From: an uncultured Chloroflexia bacterium
GTDB lineage: Bacteria > Chloroflexota > Limnocylindria > QHBO01
DNA: 64,000 nt
Reading direction: 5' to 3'
NCBI GenBank assembly: GCA_963825905.1
Contig: CAWGUL010000009.1
Span: 33,687 to 97,686, forward strand
The position numbers and the translations under genes were made by a program. Positions within the stretch are counted from its first letter, which is position 1. Each line of letters begins with the position of its first letter. Positions 29,642-39,050 of this stretch are shown piece by piece. Below the pieces are notes generated by a model that was not told the origin of the DNA, did no database searches, and saw only the letters and a list, made by a program, of their open reading frames with translations.

Positions 29642-30547
29642 ATGCGCATCCTCATCGGAGTCGATGGCTCGAGCGCCGCAGAAGTGGCGTGCGAATTCGT
29701 CGCCAATCGGACGTGGCCGTCCGGCAGTCATGTCCGGCTGCTCGGGGCGGTCGAGGCGATGGTCGACTGGACCGGCCTGGCGCCCGTCGCCGACGGCAGC
29801 GTCGAGGGGCAGCGCGCCGCGCTGGCCGAGATCCTCGAGGAGCGTGCGGAGATCCTGCGTCGTCACGGCATGGCGGTCGAGATGACGGTCGAGCTGGGAC
29901 GCGCGGCCGAGCTCATCCTCCAGGTCGCGAACGAGGAGATGGTCGACCTCATCGTCGTCGGCTCGCGTGGCCTCGGGCCGATCGGGAGCGTCGTGCTCGG
30001 CTCGGTCTCGGCGCATCTCGTCGACCACGCCACCTGCCCGGTGCTCGTCGTCCGCTCGCCGGAGGCGACCCGGATGCTGCTCGCGACCGACGGCACGCCG
30101 AGCTCGCGCGAGATCCCGCACGTCCTTGCCGGCTGGGGGACGGCATTCCGCGGCCTGCCCGTCGAGGTGCTGAGCGTCGCGCACGGGGAGGGATTCGTGA
30201 CCCCGTGGGCGGCCGAGGAGGGGGAGCACGGGCCGAACAACGACCTCGTCGTGCACCACGAGATCGCCGAGCGGGTCGCCGGCGAGCTGGGCGAGCTCGG
30301 ATGGCACGCCGAGGCGATCGCGCGCGCCGGCGAGCCGAGCAAGCAGATCGTCGACGAGAGCCGCGAATGGGGCGCCGACCTCATCGTCACCGGTTCGCGC
30401 GGCATCGGGACGCTCCGCCGGATCATGGCCGGCAGCGTCGCCCATGACGTGCTGACCCATGCCCGTTCCTCGGTGCTCGTGATGCGCGGGCACGTGCCGG
30501 CGAGGCTCCAGGAGCCCGCGGTCGCTGCGCGGCCGGCCTTCGGCTGA
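29642..30547 (+). CDS. Tandem-domain universal stress protein
   Basis: MRILIGVDGS, two 'DLIV.GSRG...GSV' motifs. AAGGAG ribosome-binding site. Confidence 0.92.
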   Translation: MRILIGVDGSSAAEVACEFVANRTWPSGSHVRLLGAVEAMVDWTGLAPVADGSVEGQRAALAEILEERAEILRRHGMAVEMTVELGRAAELILQVANEEMVDLIVVGSRGLGPIGSVVLGSVSAHLVDHATCPVLVVRSPEATRMLLATDGTPSSREIPHVLAGWGTAFRGLPVEVLSVAHGEGFVTPWAAEEGEHGPNNDLVVHHEIAERVAGELGELGWHAEAIARAGEPSKQIVDESREWGADLIVTGSRGIGTLRRIMAGSVAHDVLTHARSSVLVMRGHVPARLQEPAVAARPAFG

Positions 30548-30563
30548 CCCCCGGCGGCCGGCG

Positions 30564-30592
30564 ATGGGCCCCGGCATCGCGCCGGGGCCCAT
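30564..30592. terminator. Stem-loop after USP gene
   Basis: ATGGGCCCCGGC-ATCGC-GCCGGGGCCCAT, perfect 12-bp stem. Confidence 0.6.
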
Positions 30593-30607
30593 GCGGCACA
30601 CCTCGAT

Positions 30608-30621
30608 GGGCCGATCGGCCC
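30608..30621. promoter_or_regulatory. Perfect palindromic DosR-like box
   Basis: GGGCCGATCGGCCC about 90 bp upstream of the multicopper oxidase. Confidence 0.6.
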
Positions 30622-30709
30622 TGTCGGCGCGGTTGCCGCGTCGGCTGGAATGGGCGCCGCGCCGGCGCACTCGGGGTCCGGCAGTCAATCAACATTCACG
30701 GGAGCAACG

Positions 30710-32044
30710 ATGCGCCGCAGCCTCGCCTATTTCGCCGCCTTTACCGGCATGGGCACCCTCTTCCTCGTCACGATCCTCGTCACTGCCCTTGCCATGAACG
30801 CGATGGCGCCACGCTCCGCGGTGGCCGGCGGCGGGTCGCCTTCCGCGAGCGCCTCAGCCGGACCGGTCGGGGAGATCGCCATCCGCGCCTTCGACCTCGG
30901 CTTCGAGCCGGCGATGGTCGACGTGCCGGCGCCCGGCCGTTACACGGTGACGTTCAAGAACGACGGCGGCATCACGCACAACGTGACCTTCGCGGATGGC
31001 ACGGCGATCAGCGCCGACGCGCACCAGTCGGCGACCGGCGAGGTCGTCATCCCCGCGGCGGGCCTCACGTTCCTGTGCTCGGTCCCCGGCCACGCGGACG
31101 CGGGCATGAAGGGCGAGGTGATGGTCACGGCCGCCGGCGGCTCCGGCGCACCGAGCCCCTCGGCGAGCGCCTCCATGACGGCGGAGCAGATGCGCGAGGT
31201 CGACGCGGCGGTGACGGCGAAGTTCCCCGCCGAGACGAAGGGGAAGGGCAACCAGGTCCTCGACCCGACGATCCTGCCGGACGGGACGAAGCAGTGGGAC
31301 CTCACCGCATCGGTCATCCAGTGGGAGACGGAGCCGGGCAAGGTCCAGACCGCCTACGCCTACAACGGCACCGTCCCCGGCCCGCAGCTCCATGCGCAGG
31401 TCGGTGACAAGGTCCGGATCATCCTCCACAACAACCTGCCGGAGCCGACGACGATCCACTTCCACGGCCTGATCGTGCCGAACAACATGGACGGCGTGCC
31501 GGTGATCAGCCAGCCGGCGGTCATGCCGGGCGAGTCGTTCACGTATGAGTTCACGCTGCGCAACGCCGGCTCGAACATGTACCACAGCCATTTCATGGCC
31601 GAGACCCAGGTGCCGATGGGCCTGCTCGGCGCGTTCATCGTGACCGATCCGGCCGTCAGCGAGCCGAAGGTCGACATCGACTACCCGATGATCCTCAACG
31701 ACGGCCCGCTCGGCTTCACGCTGAACGGCAAGGGCTTTCCGGCCACCGAGCCGATCGTCGCCCAGCTCGGGCAGCGGATCCGCATCCGCTACATGAACGA
31801 GGGGCTCCAGATCCACCCGATGCACCTCCACGGCCTGCGACAGCTGGTGGTGGCGAAGGACGGCTACCCGCTGCCCGACCCGCATTACGAGGACACCGTG
31901 CTCGTGGCGCCGGGCGAGCGGGTCGACGTCATCGTCGACGCCAGTGAGCTCGGGACGTGGGCGTTCCACTGCCACATCCTCACCCACGCGGAGGGGCCGA
32001 ACGGGATGTTCGGCATGGTCACCGCCCTCGTGGTGCAGAAGTGA
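30710..32044 (+). CDS. Membrane-anchored cupredoxin + two-domain multicopper oxidase
   Basis: N-terminal TM, then HNV...CSVPGH...M cupredoxin, then HFHG, YHSH, HPMHLHG and HCHILTH...M. Confidence 0.88.
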   Translation: MRRSLAYFAAFTGMGTLFLVTILVTALAMNAMAPRSAVAGGGSPSASASAGPVGEIAIRAFDLGFEPAMVDVPAPGRYTVTFKNDGGITHNVTFADGTAISADAHQSATGEVVIPAAGLTFLCSVPGHADAGMKGEVMVTAAGGSGAPSPSASASMTAEQMREVDAAVTAKFPAETKGKGNQVLDPTILPDGTKQWDLTASVIQWETEPGKVQTAYAYNGTVPGPQLHAQVGDKVRIILHNNLPEPTTIHFHGLIVPNNMDGVPVISQPAVMPGESFTYEFTLRNAGSNMYHSHFMAETQVPMGLLGAFIVTDPAVSEPKVDIDYPMILNDGPLGFTLNGKGFPATEPIVAQLGQRIRIRYMNEGLQIHPMHLHGLRQLVVAKDGYPLPDPHYEDTVLVAPGERVDVIVDASELGTWAFHCHILTHAEGPNGMFGMVTALVVQK

Positions 32045-32544
32045 TGTGGCGGGCCGGGTGGCAGGCCCTCGACGAGGGGTTCGTGCGCCTCGCGGCGCGC
32101 GTTCCCTTCGCCGGGGACCCGAGCCGGGTGGTGGCGCTCCTCAACGAGTCCGAGCGGCCCTGGAGCGGCACCCCCAGCCCCGACGCGCCGTCCGGCCTGC
32201 GGCGCTTCCTCGTCGACCTGCAGCTGCCGGTGGGCGAGGCGCGCCGTCCGCGGGCGATCTTCCGGAAGGCCGCGCTGCTGGACCTCGGCCCGGCGGAGCG
32301 GCTCGCCGATGGCTGGGTGGCGGAGATCGGCTGGCGTGCCGCGCGCGGCCAGCCGCTCTTCCCGGTCTTCTCCGGTCGCCTCTTCATCGACCGTGAGGCG
32401 CTCCGCATCGAGGGCCTCTACGCGCCGCCCGGCGGCATCGCCGGCCGCGTCGCCGATCGGATGCTGCTGCACCTTGCCGCCAACGGCACTGCCCGCTGGC
32501 TGCTCGCCGAGCTGGCGCGCGACGCGACCGAGCTCGAGCCCTAG
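32044..32544 (+). CDS. Hypothetical protein (possible SRPBCC-like fold)
   Basis: ATG overlaps the stop of the oxidase. 'LFPVFSGRL...IEGLYAPPGG..GRVADR.LLH'. Confidence 0.6.
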   Translation: MWRAGWQALDEGFVRLAARVPFAGDPSRVVALLNESERPWSGTPSPDAPSGLRRFLVDLQLPVGEARRPRAIFRKAALLDLGPAERLADGWVAEIGWRAARGQPLFPVFSGRLFIDREALRIEGLYAPPGGIAGRVADRMLLHLAANGTARWLLAELARDATELEP

Positions 32545-33215
32545 CTCCCGGAGGTGTCGCCCAGGTGGTGGCGCGCCACCAGCGCCGCGGCCTGCGTCCG
32601 GCGCTGGAGGTTCAGCTTCGAGAGGATGCTGCTGACGTAGTTCTTCACCGTCTTGTCTGACAGGAAGACCTCGCCGGCGATCTCCTTGTTCGTCTTCCCG
32701 TCGGCGACGAGCAGGAGGATCTTCCGCTCCTGCGCGGTGAGGTCGGCCAGCTCGTCGTTTGCCCCGCCCGCCGCCGCGCTGCGGACGCGGGCGAGCACCT
32801 TCTCGGTCACGGCCGGGTCGAGGAGCGAGTCGCCGCGGCCGACGGCCTCGAGCGCCGCCACGAGGTCCCGCCCGCGCACCTGCTTGAGGAGGTAGCCGGA
32901 TGCGCCGGCGATGATCGCCGACAGGACCGCCTCCTCGTCGGGGTAGCTGGTGAGCATGACGACCCGGGTCTCCGCCCGCTCGGCCCGGATCTCCCGGCAC
33001 GCCTCGATCCCGGATCCATCCGGCAGCCGCACGTCCATCACCACGAGGTCGGGCTGGAAGCGCTTCGCCTCGCTGATCGCCTCCGCCACGGTACCGGCCT
33101 GGGCGACGACCTCGAACCCCTCGCGCCGATCGAGGAGCGCGACGAGGCCCTGGCGCACGATCTCGTGGTCGTCGACCACGAGGAGTCGCAGGGGGCGGGT
33201 CCCGGGTTCGCTCAT
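32541..33215 (-). CDS. NarL/LuxR response regulator, DosR/DevR-like
   Basis: VVDDHEIVRQGL, MDVRLPDG.GIEACREI, AIIAGASGYLLKQVRG, LTAQE..IL....GKTNKEI....LSDKTVKNYVS. Confidence 0.9.
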   Translation of the reverse strand: MSEPGTRPLRLLVVDDHEIVRQGLVALLDRREGFEVVAQAGTVAEAISEAKRFQPDLVVMDVRLPDGSGIEACREIRAERAETRVVMLTSYPDEEAVLSAIIAGASGYLLKQVRGRDLVAALEAVGRGDSLLDPAVTEKVLARVRSAAAGGANDELADLTAQERKILLLVADGKTNKEIAGEVFLSDKTVKNYVSSILSKLNLQRRTQAAALVARHHLGDTSGS

Positions 33216-34743
33216 CGGTGGCCTCCGTCGCCTCCCGATCCGAGCGGGAGCGCGACGATGATACGGCTCCCACCGGCCGGATCGCTCGTCACGGTGAACG
33301 AGGCGCCCAGCGCGGTGCTGCGGGCGCGCATGTTCGCGAGACCGTGGTGGCCGCGGGCGACCGCCTCGCCGGCGTCGAAGCCGCGCCCGTCGTCGGCGAT
33401 CGTGAGGCGCAGTCGATCGCCGGCCAGCTCGAGGTCGACGTCGGCGCGGGTCGCGGCCGCGTGGCGCGCGATGTTGCTGAGCGCCTCGCGTGTGATCGCG
33501 AGCAGCTCCGCCACCGTCTCGATCGGCAGGCCGGCCACGAGGTCCGCCGGATCCCGGACGACGACCGCCACCGTCACCGCCCCGTTGCGGTGGAGCTCGG
33601 TGGCCAGCTGCTCGACGCCGGTGGCGAGCGTTCCCGCCTCGAGCAGGACCGGCCGCAGCCCGAAGATGAAGTTGCGGATGTCGCGGATGACCGCTTGGAG
33701 CGCGTCGATCGCGTCGTCGACGCGCCGCCGTGCCTCCGCCGGCTCGTCGGCCAGCAGCTCCGGCACGTCCTCGAGGGCGAGCGTCTGGGCGTAGATCGAC
33801 TGGATGACGCTGTCGTGGAGGTCGCGGCTGATCCGGTCGCGCTCGTCGACGACCGCGAAGCGGCGCACCTGCTCGTGCAGCCGCGCGTTGTCGATCGCGA
33901 TCCCGGCATGGAGCGCGAACATCTCCACCAGCGCCTGGTCATCGGTGCTGAACTCGGCCGCGCCGAGCTTGTTCGTCAGGTAAAGGCGGCCCACGACCTC
34001 GCCGCGTGCCGTGATCGGCATGCCGAGGAAGCTGTGCATCTCCGGGTGGTGCGGCGGGAAGCCGAAGCTCTCCGGATGCGTACCGATGTCCGGGATGCGG
34101 TACGTCCGGTTCTCGCGAATGATCAGCCCCAGCAGGCCACGGCCGTGCGGGAGGTCGCCGATGCGGGCACGGTCTGCATCGCTGATGCCGCTCGTGATGA
34201 ATCGCTCGATCGCGCCGTCGCGATCCACGATGCCAATTGCCGCGTACTGCGCGTCGGCCAGCTCGCGGACCCGATCGACGATGACCTGCAGCACCCGGTC
34301 GACGTCGAGCACCCCGCCGATGCCGCGCACCGCCTGGTCGAGTGCGGTGAGCTGCCTGCCGGCGCGATCGGCGCGCGCCTGCGCCCGTGCCGCAATGAAG
34401 GCGAGCTCGACGGCTTCTGCGAGCGCCGTCGCCTGCTGGGGGTCGCCGGCGACGAGCAGGGAGCCAAAGGGGTATGCGTCGCCCGGCGCCGCCAGCGGCA
34501 GGCTGAGAATGCCGGCGGCGGCATCGAACGAGAGCTCGAGATCGGGCAGCGGCGCCGCCCGCGCCTCGAGCCGGCCGAGCTGGAGCCTGAGAAGATCCGC
34601 GAGCTCGACGATCCGCTGCCGGAGCGCACGCACGGTGGCGTCGCTGGGGCTCGGTGCGCCAGGACTCGATCGCCGCGAGCAGCGGCGGGAGGAGCAGCGC
34701 GGGAGGGGAGCCCTGGTTGCCTGCGGTTGGAGGTGGACGCCAT
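33212..34743 (-). CDS. GAF sensor histidine kinase (DosS/DosT-like, HisKA_3), N-terminus probably frameshifted
   Basis: GAF 'LP.GRGLLG...H..S.GFPPHHP.M.SFLG', ERDRISRDLHD, EALSN.ARH, DDGRGF, GHHGL.NM. Leaderless signal TACCCT-6nt-ATG at 34743. Confidence 0.88.
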
Positions 34744-34948
34744 GTGCGCAGGGTACGTCGCCGGTCGCGGGCCGGCGTGCCGGGCGCGCGCGGCAGCCCG
34801 CGCGGGTCATGGGTCGAACGGCTTACGCGGCGGTGCCCGGAGGCAACAGCGTCGAATTCCGCCTCGCGCGGCCGACTCGACGGATGATGCCGTAACGCGC
34901 AAACTGGATATTCGTTTTGTTTGCGGAATCTTCTGAGGGGAAGTACTC

Positions 34949-37900
34949 GTGTCCTATCGTGCCCTTGCGTCCCTGGTCGGGGCGCTCATCGTCGCCGCCA
35001 TGCCGATGACGGCGGTCGCCGCTCCCGACGCGCTCCGCCGCTCCGCAGGGCTACGCGGCGCTCGCCAACTTCATCGATGCAGCCGATCTCGGCCTCTCCC
35101 GGCCGACCGGCATCAGCTACTCCGCCGCGACGCACGAGCTGATCGTCCTCGACGGCGGTGGCTCGAGCGCGATGCGCTTCGTCTCGACGAGCGACGCCCT
35201 CGACGGCACCGCCACCCTCGCCGCCGTCCCCGGCGATGCGATCAACATCGCCTACGACGCCACTCGCGGCCGCCTGGCCGCGGTCACGAGCACCAGCGAC
35301 CTCGTCTCGATCGCCGGCGCGGGGCGCCTGGAGTCCGGCGGCGCGGGCCTGAGCCATCGCGACATCCGCGGCCTCGGCCTGCACGGCGCCGCCGGGCTTG
35401 CGACCGATGCATCGGGCGCGCTGTACATCCTCGACGCGGCGGGCCAGCGCGTCGTGCGCCTCGCCGCCGACGCCACCGGTCAGCCGAGCCCAACGAAGGC
35501 ATCGGTCATCAGCCTTGCCGCGCTCGCCGGCGCCCGCGCTCGCGGACTCGCGATCCAGCAGGCAACCGGCCACCTGTTCGTCCTCGCCTCCGCCTCGAAG
35601 ACGCTCTATGAGCTCGACGCGAACGGCGCCCTCGTGACGACGCGCGACCTCCGGCCGACGGGGATCACGAGCCCGCAGGGCATCGTCCTTGCGCCGAGCA
35701 GCGACAACACCGATGCGCCATCGGTCACCAGCCTGTACGTCGCCGATGCCGGTGCAGCTACTGCGTCCGGCGCCTCCGGCGCGGGAATCGCCGAGATCGC
35801 GCTGAGCGCCCCGGTGACCCAGGCGGCGCTGCAGGCAGCTCCCGCCACGGCCGGCACGGTCGCGCACATCATCACCACGAAAAACCCGCCGAATGCGGGC
35901 TGGACGCCCGATAGTCCGGATCCTTCGGATCTGGCTTACAACTCTGACCCCGGCGGCGGCTTGATCCTCACAGATGGCGAGGTCGAGGAGACCACGGGCG
36001 CGGGCTTTCATGGCGTCAATGGCTGGCAGTTCAGTCCGGCCGGTGCGGTCAATTCATTCTTCAGCTTCAACACGACCCCGTCGCCGTTCAACAACAAGGA
36101 GCCGGCCGGAGCGGCCTACATGCCGGGCAGCACCTCGCAGCGCCGGCTGTTCACCTCGAACGACGGCAAGGCGTACGTCCAGGAAATCTCAGCCGACACT
36201 TCGGGCCGCTTCTATCGCACCGGCAGCCTCGTGCGCCAGTGGTCGACGCTGTCATCCGGTTCTGCACTGCAGTCGCAGGACTCCGAGGGGCTGGGCTTCG
36301 GCGTCGTGAACGGGACGCCCACCCTCTTCATCGCCGACGGTAAGGACAAGGAGATCTGGACGGTCAAGCCCGGCACGAACGGCATCTTCGAGGGCCGCGG
36401 TGACGACGTCATCACGCACTTCGACACGCTGTCGCTCGGCCAGGACAACCCCGAGGACGTCGCCTTCGATTCGCGCGACAGCACCCTCTGGATCGTCAGC
36501 AACAAGACCGCGGCCACGATTCTTCACACCACGCTCACCGGCACCGTGATCGAGACCATCAACGTCACCAACAATCCGTTCGTGGCACCCGGCGGGATCA
36601 CCGTCGCCCCGGCCAGCGCCGGTGGCGGTAGCAGCATCTACGTCGCCGACCGCGGGATCGACAACAACAAGGTCTCGAGCGAGAACGACGGCAAGATCTA
36701 CGAGATCACCGTCGCAGGTGGCGGCAACACGCCACCCACCGCGAGCTCGGTCAGCGTGACGACGCCGCAGGACACCCAGAAGACGATCACGCTCTCGGGG
36801 AGCGACCCGGAGACGTGCCAGCTCACATTCAGTGTCGTGAACGCCCCGACGAATGGGACGCTCGGCTCGATCACCACGAACCCCTGCGTGCCCGGCTCGC
36901 CGAATACCGACAGCGCCACCGTCGTCTACACGCCGAACAGTGCCTACACCGGCCCCGATTCGTTCACGTACAAGGTGAATGACGGGAGCACCGACTCCGC
37001 ACCGGCCACGGTGACCATCACCGTCGCCGGCAACGCGGCGCCGACCGCCAACGGGGTCAGCCTCAGCACGCACCAGGACACCCCCGCCACGGTCACCCTG
37101 AGCGGGAGCGACCCGGAGACCTGTGAGCTCGGCTTCACGATCGTCACCGGCCCGAGCAACGGATCGCTCGGCTCGCTCACCGATCTCGCCTGCGCGTCCG
37201 GCTCGCCGAACGCCGATAGCGCCACCGTGGACTACACGCCGAACGCGAGCTACCAGGGGCCGGACTCGTTCACCTACAAGGTCAACGACGGGACCACGGA
37301 TTCGCCGGTCGCCACCGTGACGATCGCCGTCACCCCGCCCGGCGGTCCCGGCATCGCGTTCCGCTCCGCCGCGAACGGCGCGAACACGGGTGGCTCGAGC
37401 GTCGTGCTGCCGCAGCCGACTGGCACAACCCTCGGGGACGTGCTCGTCGCGGCGGTGGCGGTGCGTGGCGTTCCGGCAATGACGCCACCCTCAGGTTGGA
37501 GCGCCGTCCAGACCGATGCGCGCGGCACCACCTACGAACAGGTTGTCTTCGTCCATGTCGTGGGCGGGAGCGAACCGTCGAGCTACACGTTCACCTTCTC
37601 CGTCGCGGGAACGGCTGTCGGGACAATCGCCGCCTACAGCGGGGTCGACAACGCCAATCCCGTCGACGCCCATGGCGGCCAGGTGACGAGCAGCAGTGCG
37701 ACGATCACCGCCCCGTCGCTGACGACCAGCGTGGCGAATGACGAGCTGGTCGCATGCTTCGCGATCACCGGCAAGACGACGATCGGGACCGCAGGCGGGA
37801 TGCTCGAGCGCACGGAGGTCGTGTCGCCCCAGGCGGCCACGAGCAAGCTGACCGCGTCGCTCGACGACCAGGCCGATCCCACGGCCGGCCCCACCGGCTC

Positions 37901-37967
37901 GCGGACGGCGACGGCCGCCGCGAGCGGCCACGGGATCGGTCAGATGGTGGCGCTCAAACCGGCCTGA
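34949..37967 (+). CDS. Large secreted protein: beta-propeller (NHL/SdiA-regulated-like) regions, two Ig-like repeats and a C-terminal beta domain; frameshift near 35030
   Basis: Signal peptide MSYRALASLVGALIVAAMPMTAVA in one frame continues as '...PQGYAALANFIDAADLGLSRPTGI' into the 931-aa ORF. PEDVAFD, PGGIT and YVAD propeller motifs. Confidence 0.75.
36726..37337 (+). repeat. Two tandem ~306-bp Ig-like (Big_9/cadherin-like) domain repeats
   Basis: N.PTA..VS..T.QDT..T.TLSGSDPETC.L.F..V..P.NG.LGS...YTPN..Y.GPDSFTYKVNDG.TDS..ATVTI occurs twice. Confidence 0.85.
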
Positions 37968-37975
37968 CAGCGGAG

Positions 37976-38002
37976 GGCGGGCTCCCCGTCGGGGAACCCG
38001 CC
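37976..38002. terminator. Stem-loop between convergent genes
   Basis: GGCGGGCTCCCC-GTC-GGGGAACCCGCC. Confidence 0.5.
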
Positions 38003-38013
38003 GCGCCGCGCGC

Positions 38014-38358
38014 TCAGGAGGCCGCCGGGCCGGTGACGGCGACGGCGCCCCTCATGTTCTGCGAGTGAAACGAGCAGTCGTAGTGGTGGACGCCGACCCC
38101 GGTGAACGTGAACGTCACGCTCTCGCCAGGGTTCATCACCATCACCGCGCCGCCGTCGTCGAGCAGCCGCACCGAGTGGGTGAACTGGTCGTTGTTCGTC
38201 CACGTCACCGTCGTGCCGTCGGGCACGGTGATCGCCGGCGGGTCGAACCGATAGGAGCGTGGCAGGTTGACGTGATCGGTCGCCACCGGCTGGGCCGGTG
38301 CGGGAGTCGAGCAGGCGGCGAGGGCCGCCACCAGCCCGAGCGCCAGGAGGCGCCTCAC
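38014..38358 (-). CDS. Cupredoxin (plastocyanin/azurin-like) lipoprotein
   Basis: Lipobox LAAC. FDPPAITV..GTTVTWTN.D...HSV, YDCSFHSQNM.G type-1 Cu ligands. Confidence 0.88.
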   Translation of the reverse strand: MRRLLALGLVAALAACSTPAPAQPVATDHVNLPRSYRFDPPAITVPDGTTVTWTNNDQFTHSVRLLDDGGAVMVMNPGESVTFTFTGVGVHHYDCSFHSQNMRGAVAVTGPAAS

Positions 38359-38663
38359 GATCGCTCGGTGGCGGTGCGCAGTGCGGCCACCACGCCACGG
38401 GACACGGTCGCGAAGATCAGGATGAACGCGCCCAGGTCGAGCACCTCGCTGATCGTGTGGGCGAAGAGGAACGTCGTCCAGTCGAGGTGGTAGGTCATGT
38501 AGCTGATCTCCGCCAGCGCGAAGAGGCTGAAGCCCCAGCCCAGGCCGTTCGACCCAGCACCGAAGCTCCGCGACGCGAAGTACGCGCCGATGAGGAACGC
38601 GACGAGATGGATGGCCAGGAAGACCGGGGCCGGGATCTGGTTGACGAAGTCACCGAGGGGCAT
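38355..38663 (-). CDS. Small 3-TM membrane protein with His/Glu motif
   Basis: MPLGDFVNQIPAPVFLAIH...AEISYMTYHLDWTTFLFAHTISEVLD. GGAGG upstream, overlaps the cupredoxin start. Confidence 0.75.
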   Translation of the reverse strand: MPLGDFVNQIPAPVFLAIHLVAFLIGAYFASRSFGAGSNGLGWGFSLFALAEISYMTYHLDWTTFLFAHTISEVLDLGAFILIFATVSRGVVAALRTATERS

Positions 38664-38943
38664 CGAGGGAACCTCCGACTGCGACGCGTGCGCGTCGTGG
38701 ATGTCGTCCCGTGCGGACGCCGTCGCGAACGACGGCACCGAGGACGATGAGCATGCCGATCAGCATCGACAGGTGCGCGAGATGCGCATCGTTCGGCTGG
38801 GCGGCGTGGTGGCTCGGCAATCCGCCGAGGCTGATGAGGAGATCGGCGAAGAAGGCGACGCCGATGACAAGCACCCCGTACTGGGCAGCCACCGGAAGGC
38901 GCTCGAACCAGCCGAGCAGCCGTCGTGCCTCTATCACCAACAT
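38650..38943 (-). CDS. Small 2-TM His-rich membrane protein
   Basis: TM-'SHHAAQPNDAHLAH'-TM. TTGACA on the minus strand at 38974-38979. Confidence 0.6.
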   Translation of the reverse strand: MLVIEARRLLGWFERLPVAAQYGVLVIGVAFFADLLISLGGLPSHHAAQPNDAHLAHLSMLIGMLIVLGAVVRDGVRTGRHPRRARVAVGGSLDAPR

Positions 38944-39050
38944 AGGCTAGTGATACAGCGACAGGGAGAGAACTGTCAAGTCTTGTGCCAACCGGCGCTG
39001 ATGCAAGACGACCCGTCGGCGGGTCCCGACCGATAGACTGGTTGCACCGC

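Noticed and set aside
30710-32044. Copper nitrite reductase NirK
   Set aside because: It has HxH/HPMHLHG/HCH multicopper-oxidase motifs, not NirK motifs.
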